Assembly (NCBI GenBank): GCA_002256025.1 | Contig: NKIB01014742.1 | Location: forward strand, 1-41,041 | Length of the DNA stretch: 41,041 nt | DNA from: Asterionella formosa | Taxonomy: Eukaryota | Direction: 5' to 3' | Shown here: one piece after another, positions 19,359 through 30,362 of the stretch | Layout: each line of letters opens with the position of its first letter | How positions within the stretch are numbered: the stretch's first letter is position 1 | Position numbers and translations under genes: made by a program | The notes under the pieces: generated by a model | Database searches by the model: none | What the model saw: only the letters and a program-made list of their open reading frames with translations | What the model was told of the DNA's origin: nothing

Positions 19359-21039
19359 GTTAAACAAATATATATGCAAGTCAAACAATTAATTATGTGT
19401 AACCAATTCATTTTTTCAATTTCATTCTACAATCGCAAAATCAATCAAATTAATCGCTTTGCTATATATTTTATATTGAAACTTTCTATAGAGCGTGATT
19501 CTCAAACCAATACGACAAGCAATGGATGTTCATTCTTGCAGCTGGATTCTGTAACTACTTGCAACATTGCCTGGCTGCTCATACTTGCAGGAGTCCCTGT
19601 TGCTAATATCGGTAGATCAATTCATAGCAAATGAGCCGGCTGCTCATTCTCATTGCTCAGATTGATTGTCTGTTGTAGAAAGAGGGCAACCTTTGCAGAG
19701 TGAGTTGATGAGAAACAAAAGTTGCGAAGCCATGATTTCGGTTCTGTTGTGCTCCTTACCAGGCAATGGCCAGCACAGCCCTCATCAAATTGATTGTCTG
19801 CAATCAGTGAACAACGGTTGCAGAGTGAGTTCATGAACAAACAGTTGTTACAAAGGCATCGTTTTCGTTGTGCTTACCATGCCGCCTGATTCCCAATGAA
19901 TCCCTTGCTCAACAGATCGATTTTAACAGCGTTTGCCGAGTAAGTTTGTGATCAACAAGTAACAAGCACACAATCAAGCCCTTCTTCTAATTCATTACAA
20001 ATAAGCAATGCCTGCGCTAACAATTCCGAACAGAGATGAAGGAGAACGATAGGAGAGGAGATCCGCCCACAACAAGCAACAGCAAACAGAAGGCAAGAAA
20101 ACATTGCACTTGCTTACCATGTATATATTGTCCCCTATGCACCAGAGGAATCCTTTCAACAATGCGAATAACAAATGATTGATAGCCTGCCTGACACAGG
20201 ATATCCTTCCTGACACTGGAAGAGCCCGACGCATTTCATTATTCCCAAGGTTCAACCCTGCCCTGCCAAACAAAACAGATTGATTGTCTGTAGAATGACT
20301 GACCACTTTTCCAATTCCAAACGGCACAAGTAAGAGGAAGAATGAAATTGAGGTAAAGGAACTACAACGCACAGTAATCAAACATAGCTCTGAACACAAG
20401 ATGAAGAAGACGAGTGATGGTGCAGAGCAACAACAAAAAGAACAACAATAATGTTACAAAAGACCTGTTTCCATTTCCTAAAATATTAACTGCTTACCAT
20501 ATATTTCTCGAACTTTCAGATGCATCCTTTCTGTGATGACAAGGAGAAACAAAAAGTGCCTGCCTGTTCCTTCCAGAGGAACCGGCCCACAACAGAGTCC
20601 TTGTTATCTGGAAGCGAAGAACAAGATTCACAGAGTCAGATGATGGCTGGTTTTTAACAAACAAGACCTTTTACATTCCAAATTAAACAATGCATGTTCA
20701 AGTTCAAACGCAGGGCGAGGAAAACCAAGAAAGAGAAGGGTATACAGACACAGAAACCACAACGAAAGAACAATAGAATAAGAACAAGAAAAATGACAGC
20801 AGAAACAACAGGGGCAGCGATAACAACAATGAGAACCAACCATAATAGCAGAAAACACGACAAAAACGACAACAATAACAATAATTTCATCTTACCATGA
20901 ATGTGATATTTTGTTCCTTTCATTCCAGCAGCTGCCTTTCATCAAGAAAACTGGTGCGGACGGTCCTCCTCGCCAACATCCATTTTGTACTAAATTTGAA
21001 TACAGTGTAATTCAGAAAAAGCTGGCGCAGTCTATGCTA

Positions 21040-23806
21040 AGTCAGTATTGCTCAAATTCGTCATCAGGATGCGTAAATTTTTCGGTGCTTGCTGTGGACT
21101 GATGACCAGTGCTGTAGCAACGCACCAAAATCCCAATTCATTTTCTTTCTCAACCAATTTGAGGCCGATTTCTATCTAATATATTATTTGATGTACCCGA
21201 AATCAAAGGCTTTTTGTCGAATGTCGATATGCTCAGAACGAATGTATATTTCCCAAAGGAGGCATCAGGATGTGTAAATTTTAGATGTCTGCTGTGGACA
21301 GATGACCACTGCTTTAACAACCAAACTTCCAATCCATCTTTCTCTACCAATTCATTGTCAATTTCTATCTAGCATAGTATCCGATTTACAAGAGATAATG
21401 CCGATGTTTCGAATGCCGATATGCTTCCTCAGAAAGAACATACATTGATCAAATTGGTCATCAGGATGGTGTGTAAATTTTCGGTACTTGTGGCTTGATC
21501 ATTAGTGCAGTAGCAACAAAAATTTCCAAACAACCCTTCTCAACCAATTTAAGGCCTATTTATATCTAGCATAGTATTCGATGTACACGCGATCATTGCC
21601 GTCACGTCGAATGTTTATATGCTCAGAATGATCATATATTAATCAAAGGAGCGAGGCATCCGGATGTGTAAATTTTCGGATGCTTTTGAACTGATCATCA
21701 GTGCTGTGGCAACAAAAATTCCAATCCATCTTTCTCCACCAATTTAATTCTAATTTATATCAATCATTGTATTCGATGTACACGACATCAATTCCGTCAT
21801 AATGAATGTCGATGTACTAAGAACGAACATATTTTGATCAAATTGTTCGTCAGGATGTGAAATAAATTTTCGCTGCTTGTGGACTGATTGTAAGTGCTGT
21901 GGCAACAAAAATTCTAAGCCGTCTTGCTTGCTCCACCATTTCAAGGCTGATTTCTAGTATCTAGAATCGTATTCGATATACACGAGATCAATGCCAACAT
22001 GGCAAATGTCGATATTCTTAGAATAAACATATATTGATCAAATTGGTCATCAGGATGGTGTGTAAAGTTTCTGTGCTTGCTGTGAACTGAACATCAGTCC
22101 TGTGGTTACAAAAAATCCAAGCCATCTTACTCCACCAATTCATGGCCGATTCTTATCAAGCATAGTATTCGTGGTTTTCGAGATCAGTGCTGTCATTCCG
22201 AATATCGATATTTTTATAACAAACATATATTGATCAGATTGGTCATCAGGATGGTGTGTAAATTTTCGGTGCTTGCTGTGGACTGCTGCATGACCAGTGC
22301 TGTTGCAACGGAAATTCCAAACCATCTTGCTCCACCATTTTAAGGCTGATTTCTATCCATGATAGTATTCGATGTACACGAGATAGATCAATACCGTCAT
22401 GGCAAATGTCGATATTCTCAGAATGAACATATATTGATCAAATTGGTCATCAGGACGATGTGTAAAATTTCTGTGCTGTGAACTGAACATCAGTGCTGTC
22501 ATTACATAAATTCCAAACCATCTTTCGCCACCAATTTAAGGCCGATTTTTATCCAGAAAAGCTTTCGATGTACAAGAGATCAGTGCCGTCATTTCCAATA
22601 TCAATATTCTCAGAACGAACATAGATTGATCAAATTGGTCGTCAAGATGTTTAAAATTTCGGTTCTTGTGAACTGCTGCATGACCAGTATTCCAAACCAT
22701 CTTTCTCCACCAATTTAAGACAATTTTCTATCAAGTTAAGTATTCTATGTACACGAGATCAATGTCTTCATGAACAATGTCGATATTCTCAGAACGAACA
22801 TATATTGATTAAATTGGTCATCAGGATGTGAAATAAATTTTCGTTGCTTGTGGACTGATCATAAGTACTGTGGCAACTAAAATTTCATACCTCCTTTCTC
22901 CACCAATTTAAAGCCGACTTTTATCCAATATATTATTTGATGTACATGAGATCAACGCTGTCATTTTGAACGTCGATATTCTCAGAACGAAAATATATTG
23001 ATCAAAGGAGATGTCAGGATGTGTAAATTTGCTGTGCTTGTGGACTGATCACCGCCAGCCAGTGCTGTAGAAACAAAAATTCCAAACCATCTTTTTCCAC
23101 CAATTTATGGCCGATTTCTATCAGCATAGTATTCGATGTACATGAGATCAGTGCCGTAATATTGAATATCGATATTCTCAAAACTAACATTATTGATCAA
23201 ATTGGTCAACAGGATGGTGTGGAAAATTTCGGTGCTTGATGTGGACTGCTGCATGACCAGTGCTGTTGCAACAAAATTTCCAAACCATGCATCTTGCTCC
23301 ACCATTTTAAGACTAATTTCTATCGAGCATAGAATTCAATGTCCACGAGATCAATTTCGTCATGGCCAATGTAGATATTCTGAGAATTAACATCTATTGA
23401 TCAAAGGAGGAATCCGGATGTGTAAATTTTCGGATGCTTGTGGACTGATCATCAGTGCTGTGGCAACAAAAATTCGAAACCATCTTTCTCCAAAAATATA
23501 AGGCCGATTTATATCTAGCAGAGTATTCGATGAACACGAGATCAATGCCGTCATGTCGAATGTTGATTTTCTGAGAGCGAACATAAAAGGAGGCATCAGG
23601 ATTTGTAAATTTTGTAAATTTTCGGTGATGGTGGACTGATATCAATTCTGTAGAAACGAAAATTCAAAACCACCTTTCTCCTCCAATTTAAGGCCGATTT
23701 CTATCCAGCATAGTATTCGATGTGCAAAAGATCAATGCCGTCAAGGAGAATTTCGATATAATCATAAGGAACATATATTGATCATAGGAGGCATCAGGAT
23801 GTGTAG
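21040..23806. repeat. Tandem array A: ~14-15 diverged copies of a ~195-bp unit
   Basis: The anchor TCAGGATGTGTAAATTTTCGGTGCTTG recurs near 21066, 21266, 21462, 21661, 21851, 22051, 22247, 22451, 22642, 22822, 23015, 23210, 23415, 23597 and 23794 (spacing 180-205 bp). Confidence 0.95.
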
Positions 23807-24159
23807 ATGGCGATTGTGGCACTTCTCAATTTTGATTTACTACCATAGGATGTGCTAGTATGCCGTGATGATAGTTAGTTCATCAGCAGGGGCGCACCAA
23901 AACTCAAAGCTATTATTTTCTACCAAATTTCATCCAGCTTCTAAACTGCTAAGAGTTTTATTTGGTCAAATCATACATCAGCAAATATTTTTGGAGTGCA
24001 TTGACTGGTGGTGTGCAGAAAAAGTGCGAAATATTGCGAAAAATACAGGTTAGCTATGGAGTGGTTGAATTCATTGAAGTTGATAGTCCTCATCTCCTTG
24101 GCCCTTGCCTTTACAACCAATTTGTTATTGCTACAGTTATCAATATAGATGTAATCTAG

Positions 24160-25757
24160 CCAATCGGAAAAGGAGAATGCCATTGTGGCACATCTCAATT
24201 TTGACTCACTATGGCGACATACAATGAATGATAAAATATGCAAAAACTGTTTCTTAACGAATTTACGAATTAATTTGTTGTCAGCTACTAATCCTTTGCT
24301 TCTTTTCTACATTGTACTTGCTAAAGTTATCGCTTCAAACTATTGCTATCTGCTCCAAACCGGAGACGGACATTATGGCACATCTCAATTTTGACTCACT
24401 ACGGCGACATGCATTGAATGCTAAAATATGCAACAGCTGTTCCTAAACAAATTAATGAATAAACGAATTCAATCGATGACAGCTGCTGCTCCTTTGCTTC
24501 TTTTTCTATATTGTACTTGCCAGAGTTATCGCTTCAGACGACTGCTATCTGCTCCAAACCGGAGAAGGACACTATGGCACATCTGAATTTTGACTCATTG
24601 CGGCGACATGTGTTGAATGTTAAATAATGCAACAGCTGTTCCCAAACAAATTAGCGAATAAACGAATTCAATCGAAGACAGCTGCTCATCCTTTGCTTCT
24701 TTTTCTATATTGTACTTGTTAGAGTTATCGCTGTAGACTATTTGAATCCGCTCCGAAAAGGAGACGGCCATTGTGGCACATCTCAATTTTGACTCATTAC
24801 GGCGACATGCATTGAATGTTTTGTTTCTAAACATTTTTACGATTCAATCATTGAGAGCTGCTCATCCTTTGCTTCTTTTTCTATATTGTACTTGTTAGAG
24901 TTATCGCTGTAGACTTTTTGTAGCCGCTCCGAAAAGGAGATGGCCATTGCGGCACATCTCAATTTTGACTCGCAACGGCAACATGCATTGAATATTGAAA
25001 ATATGCAACAGCTGTTTCTTAACGAAATTACGAATTAAATTGTTGTCAGCTACTCATCCTTTCCTTCTTTTTCTATGTTGTGCTTGCTAAGTTTATTGCT
25101 GTAGATTATTTCTAGCTGCTCCGAGACAGAGAACGCCATTACAGCACATCTCAATTTTGACTCACTACAGCGACATGCATTGAATGTAAAAATATGCAAC
25201 AGCTGTTTCTAAACCTATTTACGAATTCAATCGTTGACAGCTGCTCCTCCTTTGCTTCTTTTTCTATATTGTACTTGCTAGAATTATCGCTGTAGACTAT
25301 CTGTAGCCGCTCCGAAAAGGAGACGGCCATTGCGGCGGCACATCTCAATTTTGACTCACTATGGCGTCATGCATTGAATATTAAAAATATGCAGCAGCTG
25401 TTTCTTAACGAAATTACGAATTAAATTGTTTTCAGCTACTCATCCTTTCCTTCTTTTTCTATGTTGTGCTTGCTCAGTTTATCGCTGTAGATTATTTCTA
25501 GCTGCTCCGAAACAGAGAACGCCATTGCGGCACATCTCAATTTTGACTCACTACAGCGACATGCATTGAATGTTAAAATATGCAACAGCTGTTTCTAAGC
25601 CTATTTACGAATTCAATCGTTGACAGCTGCTCCTCCTTTGCTTCTTTTTCTATGTTATACTTGCTAGAGTTATCGCTGTAGACCATTTGTAGCTGTCCCG
25701 AAATGGGGAAGGCCATTGTGGCACATCTTAATTTCGATTCACTACGGAGACATGCAA
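24160..25757. repeat. Tandem array B: ~8 copies of a ~192-bp unit unrelated to array A
   Basis: The anchor CACATCTCAATTTTGACTCAC recurs near 24189, 24379, 24578, 24777, 24953, 25146, 25339, 25531 and 25722. An isolated fragment lies at ~23810-23845. Confidence 0.95.
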
Positions 25758-26704
25758 TTCTCAACGATGGTCAACGAGTACCAACGGTGCTTTATTTCTA
25801 ATCTGGCAGGCTATTGTAATCTCTACAATCAATAATGACTAAACAATGTGTCTACAACATCAACTACTACTACGTGTGCTGAATTCTACTGTGAGAATCT
25901 TCCTCTTGCATGTGTTGTTTTTTGCCAGTTGAGATCAAAGAAATATGTCGGAGCAGAAAAAATAATAAGTGAATCGGAATTGGCGACTCTTTTGTTCATT
26001 ATATGGTGAAAGCAGCATAATATTGCAGTGGAGCAGCATAATTTCGCTTTTATACTGTCGCGATGGCAAGTTGGTCAACATATATTGTCATGAACACACA
26101 TAATTATTCGACAAGTGAAATAAATTTTTGTTTAATCCGAATAAATTAGGGAAAAAATAACATAATATTTCAAAAAAGTAACATTATATTTTAGAAAAGT
26201 AGCATACATACGTCACTTTAGACATAAATTCGAAAAAGTGCCATAAAAGGCATCTTAGATGCCAATGAATGTCTGTGAAATTTCCAGTGCAACCAGTTCC
26301 AAAGGAGACAAATGTATTAAATAGCAAAACACTGATCTCCATAGCAGGAAGAGGACTATCAGCAGCAGAGAGTGCCATAAGTATAAACTTGCAAGAGTGG
26401 AAATGTAAATTCAAAGGAATAGTACTACCCAAAACTCGGACAGCACAAAAGTTTTTAAGCTCAAAATTTCCAGGAAAAACTGGAGACATTGTCACAAATG
26501 TTTGTTCAGGAGGATCATTCTTCATTTGCACCACCACCAATTGAAAACGTTGAAGGGGCAAAGACACTAGTCGATATAATCAAGCTCTCTACTGTTGACT
26601 GGTAATCCTATCTCGAGATCACTGAAGGTAAAAAAGGCTAGTTATTTGGAAAGAGCAGAATTGCTGTGTCCACAGAGGCGACAAAAAGATGGATTGAGAC
26701 TTGG

Positions 26705-27403
26705 TTACTTGATCTCTGCTGTCCTCTTGTTTCGTGCCCCCTCCTTTGCAATGCCTACAGTGTGGGTTAGTGGTGTTCCTGTCAATGCTTCAGTACCTTC
26801 ATCGTTATTTTGTTCGTCCTTTGCATTACTGTCCTTGAAATGTCGGCCTTCCGTTGTAGCTATTACAGCTGCAATTGTTTTGTTGCTAATGAGTTCCTTG
26901 CTTATTCCTTTTTCTTGTTGCAGGGTTGAATGATTCTCCTCTGTATCCTCATCTTCATTCTCCTTGTAGTATAATTCCGTTTTGAGCTCTTCCATGTCTT
27001 GTTCGATATCTTTGTTTGTTGCTTCATCCATTTCACTATCGGCTTGGCTTGGCATGTTGCCGTCCTGTCCCATGCTCTGCTGGTGTTCTTCTTCATTTTC
27101 ATTGATCACACTCATCTTCATAAAAAACGTAGCTATTTTCTGTTTCTTCCGTTTTGTCTCTTTTGTCTTCTTGACGTCCTGCTTCTTCTTTTCGAGCTGC
27201 ATCAACACCTGCTCCATGAACTCTCCCATAGTCGTATTACGGTCAAATGCTAGATCAACATCATCTCGTTCATAGTTGCTTGTTGCTCCCGTGTTTTCCT
27301 TTGTTTGTTTCTTGAGCTCTTCTTCTTTTTGCATTCTCTTTCGATCCGATTTGAGTACCATTGGTTTTAGTTGTCCCACTGAACTGATCTTTTCCTGTGC
27401 CAC
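26705..27403 (-). pseudogene. Charged, low-complexity coiled-coil ORF, probably a decayed TE ORF1 fragment
   Basis: 232-aa Glu/Lys-rich ORF in TE-rich intergenic DNA with no recognisable domain. Confidence 0.3.
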
Positions 27404-27783
27404 TTGATTAGCTGCTCACAGCACTCCTTACGTCATGGTGAAACCCCTTTTTCCAGTGACTGTTAACTATCGTAAACCGGAAGTCTCCGTGGCTGTTGTA
27501 CTACGAAATTCGCAGTTTGATGCTGTAGTACTGTGATAGTCCTTATTTATCTCGCCTTTATACCTGGCTAAAAAGTGTAAAAATAATTTGTGTTATAGTA
27601 CCGGTACACACATGATATAATATTTTTTTAATATCAGAGCGTGCCCATTCTTGTTGATTCATTCGAATTAACATATCTATAAATACCGGTATTTATGTAG
27701 GTAATTTCATGCCAGAATGTCGTCTCCGAGTATAATTTCTCCAAAACCGTGAGCAACAGCGTAACCTTACAAAAGCAAGAAAA

Positions 27784-28812
27784 ATGGCAAGTGGCGACAA
27801 TAATCGTCAATGGGCCTGGCTGGGTCTCCTGAAGTGGTCACTATCTTATTCAGATGGGACCCGCCCATCAAACTTGCAAATGATGTCAACCGAAGACCGA
27901 GCGTTTCTGGAAGAAGTAATGAAGGAAGGGATTATCGACGAAGCGGAGCGCATGAAGTTCATACTAAACAAGCTGACGGTGACGCTGGAGATATACCAGC
28001 ACGGAAAGGACACGAGCGCAGTGGATTTAGATGAATTGGACGACCTTACGATGGAACTCCGAGACATTGTGGAGCAAATTGATTTTGCAAGAGGTTTTTG
28101 TGCTATGAAGGCGGTTGATTTTTTGCTTGGATGCATTCAAGAAGAATTGGTTCCCATTCCTATTCGAAATGGATGTCTGGGGATTATTGCGACCCTTTGT
28201 CAAAACAACGATCCCGTTCAACTCGAGTTCCTCGAGAAGGGTGCAATCCGAATCCTTTCTGATTTGTATTTCGCGAACGAAGGAAGTGGTGCTTTAAAAC
28301 CAAAATTGATCCAGTCTATGAGTGCTATAGTTAGAAATAACGCGACCGCAGAAGCAGTGATGGAGCACATCGAACAAGGACCTCGGCTGATGGAAGATGC
28401 CCTGCAAGAGAACCAACCAGAGGGCTTGAGAAAGCGAGCTATTTTCTTTCTGCGTGCCTTGATCACTTCCGATACTTCGACAAGGAATCGCGTGCGCAAA
28501 TTTTCGTCTTGTGTGGAATATATTGCTGACACGTATCTAAAGACTGACAGTCCAGAACTCCGGGAGGTTGCTCTTGACTTAATAAATCAGATATTGACAC
28601 AAAAGCTGTCGGTCAATTCAATTCTGGATCGCAAATCAGCTCTTGTATCGTTGGGCGTTCAGAAGATTGGAATAATGCGAAAATTGGACGGCGAAGATCG
28701 CGAGTTTGCATCTATCGAGTTGCATTATTGGGAGACATTGGTGGTACATCTTGCTAGAGCAAATTACGATGAAAGCGAGGATATCATGTTTCTTGAAAAT
28801 AAAATTCTTTAG
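27784..28812 (+). CDS. HSPBP1: Hsp70 nucleotide-exchange factor, Fes1/HSPBP1 family (342 aa)
   Basis: N-terminal WLGLLKWSL..SDGT...MSTEDRAFLEEVM, LRDIVEQIDFA, IATLCQNND.VQ and SAIVRNN: the Fes1 plus ARM architecture. Confidence 0.85.
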   Translation: MASGDNNRQWAWLGLLKWSLSYSDGTRPSNLQMMSTEDRAFLEEVMKEGIIDEAERMKFILNKLTVTLEIYQHGKDTSAVDLDELDDLTMELRDIVEQIDFARGFCAMKAVDFLLGCIQEELVPIPIRNGCLGIIATLCQNNDPVQLEFLEKGAIRILSDLYFANEGSGALKPKLIQSMSAIVRNNATAEAVMEHIEQGPRLMEDALQENQPEGLRKRAIFFLRALITSDTSTRNRVRKFSSCVEYIADTYLKTDSPELREVALDLINQILTQKLSVNSILDRKSALVSLGVQKIGIMRKLDGEDREFASIELHYWETLVVHLARANYDESEDIMFLENKIL

Positions 28813-29267
28813 CGATCTAAGCGGAATCATTGCCTCGTCATTGGATAAGATTCCAGTTTTCTTCATTCTTGGTGTCCCCATGGCCAAGTGGCTTAGGCCT
28901 ACAAGGCGATGAGTCGCATGTTTGCCGAAATGTCTCTGGAAGAACATTTAAATCCTTTATGCAGTTCTCCATCATTATTTGCAAATGAAGCTAGGCGCAT
29001 GCATAAGTTTGGAATTTAGTGATCTTTTGCGGCTCTCAACTTGTTCTACAGCATACTGTTGGTGTTGACGTTCTTCATGGTTGGATAAAAATAGTTGCTA
29101 CGTCGACTACCTGGTACCGTAGATTTCCTACCCGTCCCACACAAGTGGCGCACGCTATATATGAATATCACATTAGTCTTGCATGCTATTTTTCTTTCTT
29201 ATTGCTTCTTGTTGTATTTCCACGTTGAAATCAGGTGCCAAATACAAAAAGCAATAAATCGTGCTTC

Positions 29268-30083
29268 CTACATATCCATGGCATCGGCACCAGTATCGGT
29301 GAATTTCTCTTTGGTAGTCTCCAATACAGCTGTTGTACCGATAGGATAGGTCAATGCAACCGAATGACGAATATTATTTCTGAGATCTTCAACAGAATTG
29401 GGTGTTACAGCTCCCCTGTTGTATTCCACAGTTCCATCCATCCGAATGACACAGGTATCACAGTTGCTCCCAGACCCCAAATCATTGAAAATTCCAGCAC
29501 AAATCGCTCGCTGCACAAGTTGCTTGGCATGTTGCTCCGTCATACCATCGCGCCACCCTTGCTCAAAGACTGCCATGGAAGCCAGACTTCCAGAACCCAT
29601 GGTGGTGTAAGGAAGCTTCCCTGTGGATCCATGAGGGTAAATTTGGTATACATGCGGTCCCTTAGCATCACACCCACCTAACACAAGGGCAGCGCTGACG
29701 TGGCCTTGGTAGCGAAAGAGCATGCGCTTGAGTAACGTACAAGCTGTAACAACTCTCGAGCTACTATGAGTATCCATTCGCAAAAGCTCAAGCTGAGAAC
29801 TGATGAGCTCCGTTGTCTTTTCCGTATCGGCTGCTGTTCCTGCTCCACAGCAGTAGATGTTTGGAGCAATGTAATGAATCTTTTCGCAATTCTTCTCTGC
29901 AACTTCAGTGCCTCCTGTGGCTCGAGTGTCAGCCCCGAGAACAACACCGCCGTCATAGACCATTCCGACAATCGTTGTTCCCGTCTTCTTTGCCATGGGA
30001 AGAATACTGCTGCTTGCCGCAGCTGCTTCAATAATGGCGTTACGATGAACATTGTCAAAGGAGAAACCACCACTGGCTGTCAT
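29268..30083 (-). CDS. PSMB7: 20S proteasome subunit beta-2 (PSMB7/PUP1), 271 aa
   Basis: Propeptide GGFSFDN..RN, cleavage site [57 protein letters not shown]. Confidence 0.97.
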   Translation of the reverse strand: MTASGGFSFDNVHRNAIIEAAAASSSILPMAKKTGTTIVGMVYDGGVVLGADTRATGGTEVAEKNCEKIHYIAPNIYCCGAGTAADTEKTTELISSQLELLRMDTHSSSRVVTACTLLKRMLFRYQGHVSAALVLGGCDAKGPHVYQIYPHGSTGKLPYTTMGSGSLASMAVFEQGWRDGMTEQHAKQLVQRAICAGIFNDLGSGSNCDTCVIRMDGTVEYNRGAVTPNSVEDLRNNIRHSVALTYPIGTTAVLETTKEKFTDTGADAMDM

Positions 30084-30149
30084 TTCAAGATTGATTTCGT
30101 TTCCTGCTGTTCGCCTTTCTATACAAATGATCGTCTTATTCGGTTGCGT

Positions 30150-30362
30150 TAGTACCAGGTACCAGGCACCAGGTACTATATTTATATTCCTGTATTTTTA
30201 ATGTTGCCTTGTTGCTGTCCTTCCGATGGCTTCGATTCGGATCGATTCCGCGCTTTGCGCTCACGAACAAGTTCAATAGTACCGGTATTCATTTCCGGCA
30301 TGCATTGAACTATTGCCAACCGGTATACTAGTACTGGTACCTGGTACCGGTACCAGGTACCA
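30150..30362. repeat. GGTACC-rich tract in the PSMB7 upstream region, abutting Gypsy copy 1
   Basis: GTACCAGGTACCAGGCACCAGGTAC (~30152) and GTACTGGTACCTGGTACCGGTACCAGGTACC (~30331-30361). Confidence 0.85.

Noticed and set aside
20654..20923. Hydrophobic 89-aa minus-strand ORF as a membrane protein
   Set aside because: It arises from A-rich low-complexity (AAC/AAG) sequence read on the opposite strand; no supporting gene structure.
21040..25757. CRISPR-like array
   Set aside because: Whole ~195-bp units are homologous, with no short constant repeat plus unique spacers, no cas genes, and a eukaryotic context.
21089..25764. Short ORFs in the tandem arrays as a functional repeat protein
   Set aside because: Unit lengths vary by non-multiples of three and stops are frequent; no ORF spans more than about one unit.
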